DNA of 64,000 nucleotides from Patescibacteria group bacterium (GTDB lineage Bacteria > Patescibacteriota > Microgenomatia > UBA8517), in the NCBI GenBank assembly GCA_035291665.1, contig DATDRP010000006.1, positions 209,255-273,254 of the forward strand, in the 5' to 3' direction. The position numbers were made by a program, and so were the translations under genes. Positions within the stretch are counted from its first letter, which is position 1; every line of letters begins with the position of its first letter. A model generated the notes under the pieces. That model did not search any database. It saw only the letters and a list, made by a program, of their open reading frames with translations, and was not told where the DNA came from. Shown here piece by piece: positions 18,512 through 28,195 of the stretch.

Positions 18512-19828
18512 ATGGCAGAAAGAATTAGAGTAGAACAAAAAGAATTAAAAACCCCCGATATGGGTGTATTTGAAGAGACGGCAGAACTGAAAAGGGTGAT
18601 GATGTGGGGACTTCCCGGAGCAGAAACTGTTTTGGGACAACTGTTACCTAAAAAAAGGAGTTGTTTTCAAAAATCTTTTAATGTTTCAGAAGCCAGAGAT
18701 GAGATGGAAGGCGCAATGGATTTGCTCAGAAAAAAAGGAGTTGAAATTTTTGTGGTGAAGGACGAATGGGCAAAAATGATCCAAGAAAAAGGAATAAAAG
18801 CAGATTACGGAATTGATGAACTTAAATCAGAATTAAAGGATAAGGGGGAGTACTTGTACCTGAAATATAAAAAAGAACGCGATGAGGAATATCAAAAGGA
18901 AAAGAAAGAAGCATTGGAAAAAGGGGAAAGGCCTGAAGAACCTGCTGGTCTGGAAGTTTTGGAACTCTTGGACTCAATATTAGACGCAGATGTTAAAAAA
19001 TATGGAGAGAATGCGGCAGTCGTAATGAATCAGAAACTATCCATTGATGGATATTGCTGTAAAGACGGAGAAAATCTTCCTTTGTCAAATATTTTTTACG
19101 CGAGAGATCAGTCAAACCTGATGGGCTCAACATGGATTTGGTCGTCAATGAAGCATGAAATCAGAAAAGCAGAAGTTCCGATTTATAAAGAAGTTGTCAG
19201 ATATTCCGGAATTCTTAAGGATCAGGGTATTACTGAAGTGAATGTCGAGGAAACAAAAGAAGGTGTAGGATTGTTTGAGGGTGGGGATGGGATTGTAAAT
19301 AATGGTATAGCATATATAGGTCTTGGCGGACGATCCGATCTCGAAGGAATAAAACAGGCGGCAAAACCAATTCTTGAAAGCGGATTGAGACTCGTGATTT
19401 GTCGGGATAGAAATAGGGCGCGTTTGGGTGAAGACGAAATGGACGCGATGCATCTGGATACTTTTTGGATGCCTACGGATTTGAATGAAGTAGTTGGATG
19501 TCCTGATGAGATAAAAAACAGGAAAGCATTTGAAGTTTATTTGGATGAAAAATCTCAAATTAAATTTAAATCATTGGGGAGTTTTTCAGATCATTTGCAT
19601 CAGAGGGAGATTGATATGGTGCCGTTAACGATAGACGAACAAAGAAAATATGCTCCGAATTTTCTTAACCTGGGTGGAGGGATTATCATACTGTCATTAG
19701 CGAATGGTAATAACTTGACGGAAGAACTAACCAGTAGGGGAAAAGTTGTTTATAACGCTGATTTTCAGGAGGTTACCAAAGGTTTCGGGGGGCTACATTG
19801 TGCTACCGCTTCACTTTTAAGAGTTTAA
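18512..19828 (+). CDS. pentein-fold enzyme, arginine deiminase-like (amidinotransferase superfamily) with a long charged insertion
   Basis: MGVFEETAELKRVMMWGLPGAE resembles the ADI/DDAH N-terminal motif. C-terminal GGLHCATASLLRV holds the catalytic Cys. The true start may be the internal MGVF at 18560. Confidence 0.55.
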   Translation: MAERIRVEQKELKTPDMGVFEETAELKRVMMWGLPGAETVLGQLLPKKRSCFQKSFNVSEARDEMEGAMDLLRKKGVEIFVVKDEWAKMIQEKGIKADYGIDELKSELKDKGEYLYLKYKKERDEEYQKEKKEALEKGERPEEPAGLEVLELLDSILDADVKKYGENAAVVMNQKLSIDGYCCKDGENLPLSNIFYARDQSNLMGSTWIWSSMKHEIRKAEVPIYKEVVRYSGILKDQGITEVNVEETKEGVGLFEGGDGIVNNGIAYIGLGGRSDLEGIKQAAKPILESGLRLVICRDRNRARLGEDEMDAMHLDTFWMPTDLNEVVGCPDEIKNRKAFEVYLDEKSQIKFKSLGSFSDHLHQREIDMVPLTIDEQRKYAPNFLNLGGGIIILSLANGNNLTEELTSRGKVVYNADFQEVTKGFGGLHCATASLLRV

Positions 19829-19829
19829 T

Positions 19830-21608
19830 ATGCCAATAACAAAAGAACGCGAAATAGGCTACGACTTCACAAATGAGAGGTACCCAATTGTTGGTTTTGA
19901 AAAGGGTATAAAAGGTCTTATAAAAAATTACACCGGTTATAACGGTGAAATTACCATAACAGAAGCCCCTGCAAATTCGGGATCAGATTTTGGAATTCAA
20001 ACTTCTTCTATAGCAAGAGCCAAAGGTGAAAATCCCGTTAGCGTGGCACAAAGTTTATCTCAAAAAGGTTGGTCGCATCCATATATTGATGAAGTAAGAA
20101 GTCAAGGTCCATATTTGAATTTCCGCTTGGAATACGGCACATTTGGTTTGGATGTTGTAAATGGAATTCTCAGCGAGGAAGCAAATTATGGCATGGAAAG
20201 AAAGAAAGAGAAAGGACGGGTAATAGTTGACATGTCTTCACCGAATATAGCCAAAAGAATGAGTTATGGCCATTTGAGATCAACTATTATTGGTGACGCA
20301 GTATCGAATTTATATATAAGCCAAGGCTATGATGTGGTTCGTGATAACCACATTGGAGACTGGGGTACTCAATTCGGAAAGCAAATTGCAGCGATAAAGA
20401 TGTGGGGGGACGAGAAAGAATTGATGAGATCATCGGAACCCGTCGGGGATTTGCAGGAACTTTATCAAAAATTCCATCAAGAAGCTGAAAAACATCCCGA
20501 ATTAGAAGACTTGGGAAGACAGTGGTTTTTGAAATTAGAGCAGGGAGATAAAGAAGCCAGAAGACTTTGGAAAATGTGTGTAGATTTATCAATGAAGGAG
20601 TTTGACCGGGTATATAAAACTTTGGGTGTAAGATTTGATGTTGCAATGGGAGAAAGTTTCTATGAAAAGATGCTTCCGTCGGTGATGAAACAGGTAGATC
20701 GAAGTCCGATCTCAAGCAGAAGTGAAGGAGCATTAGTTGTTGATATGAAAGATAGAAATCTGGGTGTGGCAATTATACAAAAATCTGATGGAGCCAGTGT
20801 TTATATGACAAGAGATTTGGCAACTGCTATGTACAGAGAAAAGAAAATGGGAGCAGAGAAAGCAGTCTACGTTGTAGGGGAAGATCAAAAGCTCTATTTT
20901 CAACAACTGTTTCAAATTTTACAAGGATTAGGTTATGAAATAGGTGAAAAAAGCGACCATGTTTATTTTGGGATGGTCAGGATGGAAGAGGGGAAAATGT
21001 CGACCAGGAAGGGAAGAACCATTCTTCTGGATGATGTTATTAAGGAAGGTTTAGAAAGAGAAAGACAAGTTATATCAAATAGAAATCCCAAACTTTTTAA
21101 TTCAAGAAAAAGAGAAGAGGTAGTAAGACAGGTTGCAATAGGGGCACTCAAATGGAACGATTTATCACGTGACCCGAGAAGATCTATAGTCTTCGATTGG
21201 GATGAAGCATTAAATATGGAAGGTTTTTCTGCTCCATATGTTCAATATGCGGCAGTGAGGGCGAATGCAATTTTAGAACATGCTGGTGTTAATCATAGGC
21301 ACATTGCTCAAGATAATCCTGAAGGTGATGATGTATATAAAGAATCCAGTGAACAAAGTTTAATAAAGAAACTTGCTGCTTATCCAAAAGCTGTAAAACT
21401 TGCTCAGGAACAAAACAATCCATCGATTGTTGCAACCAACGTTTATGAAGTCGCAAAAGAATTTAATTCTTTCTATAGGAACAATCCTGTTTTAAGGGGA
21501 ACGGATAAGAATTTAATTCTTTCAAGATTGAAGTTGGTGGGTGCGACAAGTCAGGTGATAAAAAACGGTCTCGGGATATTGGGAATAGAAGTCCCGGATG
21601 TGATGTAA
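19830..21608 (+). CDS. argS: arginyl-tRNA synthetase
   Basis: Class I HIGH-type SYGHLRSTIIGD, KMSTRKG (KMSKS-like), and DALR-type anticodon-binding YVQYAAVRANAIL. Ends ...DVM. Start is 2 nt after the upstream stop. Confidence 0.9.
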   Translation: MPITKEREIGYDFTNERYPIVGFEKGIKGLIKNYTGYNGEITITEAPANSGSDFGIQTSSIARAKGENPVSVAQSLSQKGWSHPYIDEVRSQGPYLNFRLEYGTFGLDVVNGILSEEANYGMERKKEKGRVIVDMSSPNIAKRMSYGHLRSTIIGDAVSNLYISQGYDVVRDNHIGDWGTQFGKQIAAIKMWGDEKELMRSSEPVGDLQELYQKFHQEAEKHPELEDLGRQWFLKLEQGDKEARRLWKMCVDLSMKEFDRVYKTLGVRFDVAMGESFYEKMLPSVMKQVDRSPISSRSEGALVVDMKDRNLGVAIIQKSDGASVYMTRDLATAMYREKKMGAEKAVYVVGEDQKLYFQQLFQILQGLGYEIGEKSDHVYFGMVRMEEGKMSTRKGRTILLDDVIKEGLERERQVISNRNPKLFNSRKREEVVRQVAIGALKWNDLSRDPRRSIVFDWDEALNMEGFSAPYVQYAAVRANAILEHAGVNHRHIAQDNPEGDDVYKESSEQSLIKKLAAYPKAVKLAQEQNNPSIVATNVYEVAKEFNSFYRNNPVLRGTDKNLILSRLKLVGATSQVIKNGLGILGIEVPDVM

Positions 21609-21674
21609 TTACCGGAAATTTATAAAAAATATGGATAGAAAAAAACACTGCAACAATCTTTCTGTTATTTTAAT

Positions 21675-23522
21675 ATGACGGCGGAAGCAAATTTACCTCG
21701 CGACGTTGATCCGTATTCTCCTGAAAACGGCAATATCCCGGAGCTGGTACGTAGAGCTTTGCACATTGCCACCCTTGCGCATGAAGGACAAGTCAGAAAA
21801 TCAGGCGAGCCGTACGTTTCACACCCTATCGCGGTTGAAAAAATATTACACGAGGAATGGGGTTTGGAAAATGAAAATGTAAGGGCTGCCGCACTACTTC
21901 ACGATACTCTGGAGGACACCGATTTGACACCGATTGATCTGACTAATACGTTTGGATCGCAAGTTTCCGGATTGGTTTTTGCCCAAACAAACCTTAATGC
22001 CAGTACTGCAGGCGTGACATCCGAGGAGTGGAAAAAAATTAAGGACAAGGAAAATGCAAGAAAAATTCTTGCCAGAAGTTTTTTGGATCCAACAGTAGGA
22101 GTGGGGAAGCTCGCCGACAGGCTCCATAATATGCGAACGCTGGAACCGATGACACCTCAAAAACAGCAGGAAACTGCTGATGAAACCCGCAGAGTCTATG
22201 CCCCATTGGCGGAAGCTCTCGGAATGTGGCTCGTAAAAACCGAATTGGAAGATCTTTCTTTCCAGTATCTTGATCCGCTGTATTTCGAAAAAGTTAAAAA
22301 AGAGATAGATTCGGATGCAAGACTGAGTGAAAACTCAGTCGGATTTTGGCAATCCAGATTAAGTCTCCTTTTGAACGAAAATGGTATTGATGGCGACGTA
22401 CGGGTAAAGAAAAACGGCTACTGGTCAATTGTGAACAAAAGAAGATCTCAATCGGTTGTCAGAAAGAGCTCGCTTTCGAATTTTTCAGATGTTAATGATG
22501 TTGTCAGTTATCGTTTGGTTTTGGAAAACGAAAGCGATTGTTATCAAGCTTTCGGTCTTGTTCATAAGGAATTTGGCGAGCTGGTCGATTTTGAGAGAGA
22601 TGATGTTTTCATGTATGACAATAAAAGAGATAACGGCTATCAGGCTTTGCAGACAACTTTATCGACAAAAGACGGAGATATTGAAATTGCAATCATGACG
22701 AAGGAGATGGAAGAATTCAATAACTGGGGAGTAGTCAGTCTCAGTAAATATGGTGTAGAAGATTTAAGTCAGTACAGATTGAAATTGGTTTTTACTCCAA
22801 CCGGAGATGTGAAGTTTTTGAAACCTCAGGCAACTGGTATTGATTTTGCATATTTGATTAGCGAAAGTTTGGGTGCACAAGCGTCGGGGTTAACAATAGA
22901 CGGAAAAAGACAACCGATTGCAACCGTTATTCCCAATGCAACCGTGGTTGAAGTTGATCCTGCGAAAGAAACCAGAATTGCGCCAAGTGAGGAAAGCCTG
23001 AACTATGCTCTTCCTGAAACGCGGAGGGTTATTAATAGACAATTAATAATTTCGGAAAACCAGGAAATCGTAACCAGTGTTGGAGATCGTCTTAACAAAG
23101 CTCTTTTATATAAAAGGGGGTTGTTGGAATTTGAGGATTTGGACAGAGGAGTTAAAAGAATAATCCTGAATCGATTCGGAGTACCAGACTTCAATAGTCT
23201 GTGTTTGAAATATGCCGATGATCAAGGCTTGTCGCGCTTGATTTCAAAAATAGATGAAATTCTAGATGGCTTGGGAATCGATAAAGAACTTCGAAGCATA
23301 AGTACGGTATATGTCGAAGGTGTTGATACCCCCGGAGTCTTGGCGGAAATTTCAAACTGGATAAATAAAAAGAAAGGGAATATTAAAAAAGTATCGCACG
23401 AGGTCGATGGAGACAGATATGAACTAAGGCTTGTTGTTGAAGGAATCGGCTCTGTTGGCGAAGTTTTTATGAGAGATAAGCTTGAAAAAGACCCGAGGTT
23501 TGATAAGTGGATCGTTATTTAA
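21675..23522 (+). CDS. RelA/SpoT-family (p)ppGpp synthetase/hydrolase (short RSH with HD, synthetase, TGS-like and ACT regions)
   Basis: HD motif YVSHPIAV...LHDTLEDT. Synthetase block DCYQAFGLVHKEF. C-terminal ACT-like segment. Confidence 0.75.
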   Translation: MTAEANLPRDVDPYSPENGNIPELVRRALHIATLAHEGQVRKSGEPYVSHPIAVEKILHEEWGLENENVRAAALLHDTLEDTDLTPIDLTNTFGSQVSGLVFAQTNLNASTAGVTSEEWKKIKDKENARKILARSFLDPTVGVGKLADRLHNMRTLEPMTPQKQQETADETRRVYAPLAEALGMWLVKTELEDLSFQYLDPLYFEKVKKEIDSDARLSENSVGFWQSRLSLLLNENGIDGDVRVKKNGYWSIVNKRRSQSVVRKSSLSNFSDVNDVVSYRLVLENESDCYQAFGLVHKEFGELVDFERDDVFMYDNKRDNGYQALQTTLSTKDGDIEIAIMTKEMEEFNNWGVVSLSKYGVEDLSQYRLKLVFTPTGDVKFLKPQATGIDFAYLISESLGAQASGLTIDGKRQPIATVIPNATVVEVDPAKETRIAPSEESLNYALPETRRVINRQLIISENQEIVTSVGDRLNKALLYKRGLLEFEDLDRGVKRIILNRFGVPDFNSLCLKYADDQGLSRLISKIDEILDGLGIDKELRSISTVYVEGVDTPGVLAEISNWINKKKGNIKKVSHEVDGDRYELRLVVEGIGSVGEVFMRDKLEKDPRFDKWIVI

Positions 23523-23893
23523 ACCGTTTCGATTATTTCGGAATCAAATTCTATACTTTTTACCTTTATGCTTGTTGGATTATATTTGTCAAAAGCTGAC
23601 TCTAAGGCGTTTTTAAATTCCCCTTCCTCTTTCTCGACGCAAGCCACCAAATCTATATGGACAGTATTATATTCCGGCCAGGTGTGTATAACCAAATGAG
23701 ACTGAGATAGTACGAAAATTGTTGTTGACCCGCCGGGTTGGAAATTGTGAATAAATTTTTCGACCAGATTCAGATTTAAATTACTTATGATAGTTTGTGC
23801 AACGGCCTCGATTGCGGACTCAGAATCCTCGAACGATTTTAATTTTATCAACCCGACAAATTGTTTAATCAGCGGTGTAGATTTTTCCTGCAT
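23519..23893 (-). CDS. speH: S-adenosylmethionine decarboxylase proenzyme, SpeH (class 1b pyruvoyl enzyme) family
   Basis: FVLSQSHLVIHTWPEYNTVHIDLVACVE aligns with the SpeH processing/active-site block (VxSESHxxIHTWPE...DxFTC). Gln replaces the usual Glu before the pyruvoyl Ser. Confidence 0.7.
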   Translation of the reverse strand: MQEKSTPLIKQFVGLIKLKSFEDSESAIEAVAQTIISNLNLNLVEKFIHNFQPGGSTTIFVLSQSHLVIHTWPEYNTVHIDLVACVEKEEGEFKNALESAFDKYNPTSIKVKSIEFDSEIIETV

Positions 23894-24848
23894 AATTTTG
23901 TTTAATCAGCGGTTTAGTAAGCTGTGTAACGTCGCAAACATATAAACTGCTGGTGTTTCCGATGGACTCAGCTTTATTATATCGATTAAATTTATCAAAT
24001 ACCCATCGAACCATTAAACCCATGGATGTTATTGCGCCATGAACCGATACAAATCTTTCTTTTGCCCTGTCGCTGTTTCCATAGCAGAAGTAAATTCTTG
24101 CAGCTTGATTTTGCGGGTCAAGACATTCAATTGCTCTTGAAATAAAGAGTTTCATTCCTTCAGTTGTATAAGGCGGATCCGTAAACACGACATCATACTT
24201 GCCTTGGTATTTTTCGGGTAAGGATTTCTTGACATCATACCGAGCAGTTTCGATTTTGAATTTTTCTTTTTTTGAAATTACATTAATATTTTCTAAAATC
24301 CTGTCATCGATATCCAAAACAGTAATGGCGGATGCTTTTTTTGTATTGGCAATTGCAACGGAAGTAAAATCATCATCTCCCAATAAAAGTATTCTCTTTC
24401 CGGCCACGTCTTCAAACCAGTTAAGTATTTGAGACCGCCTTGCCGTAGTTTCCGCGGTTGCCAAAAACTGATCATAACCCCTCACGGGTTCCGGTCGTTT
24501 ATCGATATATTTATTGAGAAGCTTCAAAGTGGAGTTAAACTCCTTGGTTTTCAAAAATGACCAGAGTGCACCTTCCGGTTGGTATTCGGAATCAAAAAGA
24601 GATAAAACTTCTTCAACAGCATCAACTTTTAATTGGGTATTTTTGGAAGGGATCATTAGCATGTCTGATAACATTTCCTTAGCCTGGTTTAAGGCATTTT
24701 TTGAAACACCTGATTTCTGAAGTAATTCATTATTTTCAACTGGATTGCCGTCGCGCAAAAAATATAAAAAATCTTTAGTCTTCTTTGTTGGTATTCCTGT
24801 TTTTCGCGAAACTTCCAGGATTTTTTCCTTTATGGTATTTTCCATCAT
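23865..24848 (-). CDS. DUF43 / BpsA-like putative aminopropyltransferase (class I MTase-like fold)
   Basis: LLLGDDDFTSVA and DVVFTDPPYT motifs. 29-nt overlap with speH suggests translational coupling with the dcSAM-producing enzyme. Confidence 0.45.
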   Translation of the reverse strand: MMENTIKEKILEVSRKTGIPTKKTKDFLYFLRDGNPVENNELLQKSGVSKNALNQAKEMLSDMLMIPSKNTQLKVDAVEEVLSLFDSEYQPEGALWSFLKTKEFNSTLKLLNKYIDKRPEPVRGYDQFLATAETTARRSQILNWFEDVAGKRILLLGDDDFTSVAIANTKKASAITVLDIDDRILENINVISKKEKFKIETARYDVKKSLPEKYQGKYDVVFTDPPYTTEGMKLFISRAIECLDPQNQAARIYFCYGNSDRAKERFVSVHGAITSMGLMVRWVFDKFNRYNKAESIGNTSSLYVCDVTQLTKPLIKQNYAGKIYTAD

Positions 24849-24991
24849 ATTGAACCAGATTCTATTTGTTTGAATATGCTTTTGTCAAGGAAAAGCAACT
24901 AAGATTTTCTTTGTAAGCAGTTATTTTGATGCATAGAAATTTTTGCCTCAATTACATATTTAACCAGGAAGTTTAGTGTTAGAATTAAACG

Positions 24992-26764
24992 ATGTCACTC
25001 AATAGGAAAATACTTCTAATTATTGGTTTCACAATGTTATTATTCATTGCAATTCTTTTTGTCACGTCGAGGCTCTTCTTGCTGGAAAGTTTTTCAGAAA
25101 TAGAAAATCAAAAAATGGTGACGAATGTCGGTAGAGCTGAATCTTCGTTTGATGAACGCGTCAATGATATTGAAGTTGCAATAAGCGATTGGTCAATGTG
25201 GGATGATACGTACCAATTTGTTGACGATGCCAACGTTGATTATATCGAATCGAATATCTCAACAAATTCCCTCACAAATTTAAATATTAATTTCATGGTC
25301 TTTGCCAATATTGATGGGGAGATTGTTTTTCATGAAACTGCCGATATTGATACGGAAAAATATCCCGATTTAACCGATGAACTTATAAGTTATATCAGGT
25401 CAACGGATCTTTTACTTAATCACCAAAATACCGACGACAGTATTGCCGGATTAGTAATTCTTCCGGGGGGAACGCCACTTTTGATAGCGTCTCAACCTAT
25501 CGTAAAGAGCGACGGCTCAGGTCCCATTAACGGAACTTTAATTTTTGCAAAACAGATGGATGAGGAGGTTGTTAAAAAAATTCAAGACAGGGTGCGTTTA
25601 TCAATTAATTATTACGATGTTAATAAACTTGATGACGAAGATCTTCAAAATGCTTTTAATAATTTAAAAAATAGTGAAATTTTTACGGAACCACACGAGG
25701 AACATATTCGGGGTTATAAGATTATTAAAGACCTGAATGGTAATCCGGCCTTATTGATGCGCGTTGAAATAGCAAGAGATATTTACAGGCAGGGTCTAAC
25801 GACTATTAATTACTTTTTATTTTTTGTTATCGCAATCGGCGTGGCAGTTACTGTAATTTCTGTACTTTTTCTGACTGTTACTATCATTAAACCCATTAGA
25901 ACATTGATTAGTGCGACAAACCGGATATCGGAAGGAAATTTCGACCAGAGAATTGAAACAAAATCAAAAGACGAGATTGGGAAACTCGCAACGACCTTTA
26001 ATTCGATGACTGAAAAACTGCAGAAAACTTTCAAAGAATTGGAAGAGACCAAAGAAAGTGAAATCGGGAAAGCAAAAGAATTGGTCAAATTAAAAGATGA
26101 ATTTGTATTTATCGCAGCGCATGAAATCAGATCACCTGTTGTTGCCATCACCGGTTTTACAGATATGATCGCTGACAGTTTAAAAAATATGCCTAAAGAT
26201 GTTCTTGAATCTTTCGGTCTGTTGAAAAAAGCAACGGAAAGGCTTGGACAGCTGGTGAACGACCTTCTTCAGACTGCAAGATCTGAGTCAGGTACGATTA
26301 AAATTCAAGATAAGGATGTTAATTTTTCGGAATTTTTGACCGGTTTGGTTAAAAATTATAACGGGAGGATAAAAGAAAGTCACCTGAAGATTACATTGAA
26401 AATCGATCCTCAGATAAAAATTATTAAGACAGATGAGACAAAGTTGTCGGAAATTATCGGGAATCTTTTGACGAATGCAATCAAATACAATAAAAAGCGG
26501 GGTTCTATAAATATAACGGCTGAAACTACCGGTAAGTTTTTGAAAATTAGGGTGAAAGATACGGGTGTCGGGATTAATCCCGATCTCCATAAAATGGTTT
26601 TTGGTAAATTTTTCCGCGCACACCAAGAGGGGACTGAGGAAGTTGAAGGAACCGGTCTGGGACTCTTCGTGACAAAGATGCTGGTGGAAAAAATGGGGGG
26701 AGAAATTGGATTTACATCAGAAGAGCGGGTAGGTTCTGAATTCTGGTTCACAATTCCGATATGA
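24992..26764 (+). CDS. sensor histidine kinase (TM, extracytoplasmic domain, TM, HAMP, HisKA, HATPase)
   Basis: H-box FIAAHEIRSPV. HATPase GTGLGLFVTK. HAMP-like segment after the second TM. Confidence 0.8.
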   Translation: MSLNRKILLIIGFTMLLFIAILFVTSRLFLLESFSEIENQKMVTNVGRAESSFDERVNDIEVAISDWSMWDDTYQFVDDANVDYIESNISTNSLTNLNINFMVFANIDGEIVFHETADIDTEKYPDLTDELISYIRSTDLLLNHQNTDDSIAGLVILPGGTPLLIASQPIVKSDGSGPINGTLIFAKQMDEEVVKKIQDRVRLSINYYDVNKLDDEDLQNAFNNLKNSEIFTEPHEEHIRGYKIIKDLNGNPALLMRVEIARDIYRQGLTTINYFLFFVIAIGVAVTVISVLFLTVTIIKPIRTLISATNRISEGNFDQRIETKSKDEIGKLATTFNSMTEKLQKTFKELEETKESEIGKAKELVKLKDEFVFIAAHEIRSPVVAITGFTDMIADSLKNMPKDVLESFGLLKKATERLGQLVNDLLQTARSESGTIKIQDKDVNFSEFLTGLVKNYNGRIKESHLKITLKIDPQIKIIKTDETKLSEIIGNLLTNAIKYNKKRGSINITAETTGKFLKIRVKDTGVGINPDLHKMVFGKFFRAHQEGTEEVEGTGLGLFVTKMLVEKMGGEIGFTSEERVGSEFWFTIPI

Positions 26765-26797
26765 CATTGGTATTACCCCAAAAGTCCCCGGGTTTTG

Positions 26798-27232
26798 TCA
26801 TTTTGTTTCTGACAAATCGGAAAGAATTTGATCGGCGTGAACTTTTGGATCCACTTTATCATAAATTTTTTCAATAACTCCTTTTGAGTTAATCAAAAAG
26901 GATACTCTTTTTGCAAAAACCACTCCCGTTGCTCCATATAAGTTAATTACTTTTCGATCGCTGTCGGATAAGAGTGTAAAGGGAAGTGAATATTTTTCAG
27001 AAAACTTTTTGTGAGATTTAACGCTGTCCGCGCTGACTCCCAGTATTTTCACCACCCCTTTTAGCTTCTCAAAATTGTCTCTAAGGGAACACGCCTCTTT
27101 GATGCATCCGGGCGTGAAATCTTTGGGATAAAAATACAAAAGCACCCAATCTCCCCTGTAATCGGAAAGTTTATGGTTTCTTCCCATTTCATCCGGAAGT
27201 GTAAAATCGGGGGCTGCGTCCGCCTTTTTCAT
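26798..27232 (-). CDS. bcp: thiol peroxidase / peroxiredoxin Bcp
   Basis: PKDFTPGCIKEAC matches the Bcp FTPGCTxxAC motif. Confidence 0.8.
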   Translation of the reverse strand: MKKADAAPDFTLPDEMGRNHKLSDYRGDWVLLYFYPKDFTPGCIKEACSLRDNFEKLKGVVKILGVSADSVKSHKKFSEKYSLPFTLLSDSDRKVINLYGATGVVFAKRVSFLINSKGVIEKIYDKVDPKVHADQILSDLSETK

Positions 27233-27383
27233 ATTATAAATTTTACTCCACTCTTCATTAATTTAGTAATTATTTTTTTCTGAGTAGAAGGGACTGAAAA
27301 TGTAGATTTGGCATATCGCTTCCGATATCGATAACCTTGAATTCTAAAATCTCAAATAAATTTTTAACGTTATCCAGTAAGGT

Positions 27384-27896
27384 TTAATCCGATAAAAAAG
27401 AAAAAAAGCGGGGAAGGTTCATTTTTTTCTTATCAGTAAGTGTCTTTTCTTCATTCATGCCTCCGTAAACACCATAATAAAATACTCCATCATTATTGAG
27501 CACACGATGAATATTTTGAAGTACATCATCAAGATCTTTTTTGGGGACGTGAAGCAATACATTCAAAGAGAATATACCGTCAAAAGTAGTTCCTAACGAG
27601 GGTAAATCGTATAAATCAAACACTCTTGCATCAAGTCCTCTTTTTTTACACATCTCCACCATCTTGTCAGATAAGTCTGTTGCCAAAACCTTGAAACCGC
27701 TTTCCTGAAAATATTTTGCATCTAGTCCGGCGCCGGAACCCAATTCCAAAATAGTTGTCTTATTTTCCTTTTTTAAAAGCTCAACAAATTTTTGTCTTAT
27801 ATCCAACTTCCATTGATCTCTTTTCCCCTCTAAGGAGTCTCTTCTTTTTGCATCTGCATCATATGCAGTTTTTAATTGCTTCTTAAGTTCATTCAT
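27384..27896 (-). CDS. class I SAM-dependent methyltransferase
   Basis: Motif I ILELGSGAGLDA and a downstream acidic loop. Confidence 0.6.
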   Translation of the reverse strand: MNELKKQLKTAYDADAKRRDSLEGKRDQWKLDIRQKFVELLKKENKTTILELGSGAGLDAKYFQESGFKVLATDLSDKMVEMCKKRGLDARVFDLYDLPSLGTTFDGIFSLNVLLHVPKKDLDDVLQNIHRVLNNDGVFYYGVYGGMNEEKTLTDKKKMNLPRFFSFLSD

Positions 27897-28195
27897 TTTT
27901 CTTAATCCTAGTATACCGCTCTTATTCTTTATTGCTCTACAGGAATCTTAAGAAGCATTCAAGAATTTCCCCCAAGTCTGACCAAGTTGGATGTCATAAC
28001 AATCCTAATCCGATAATACCAATAATAATAAGATAACCGGCTATCAGATAATTAAGAAACTTCGGAAACAAAAGAATCAATATGCCAAACAACAATGATG
28101 CCAAAGGACTTAAGTTAGTTGTAGAAATATTTATATATCATCACCCCCCTAAAAATTATCAAAGGTAAAACCCCCGCACCCACAGCATTTTCGAT

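Noticed and set aside
19145-19558. Antisense ORFs inside the ADI-like, argS, aminotransferase, RSH and other large genes (e.g. 11126-11632, 20287-20772, 21894-22160, 26288-26751, 61950-62297)
   Set aside because: Each overlaps a motif-supported gene on the other strand. The products are Phe/Ile/Lys-rich low-complexity peptides with no motifs.
27990-28110. Possible roughly 45-codon minus-strand ORF encoding a two-helix membrane peptide (…LSPLASLLFGILILLFPKFLNYLIAGYLIIIGIIGLGLL)
   Set aside because: No in-frame ATG/GTG/TTG start and no SD could be found. Left unannotated, although a small membrane protein with a non-canonical start is not excluded.
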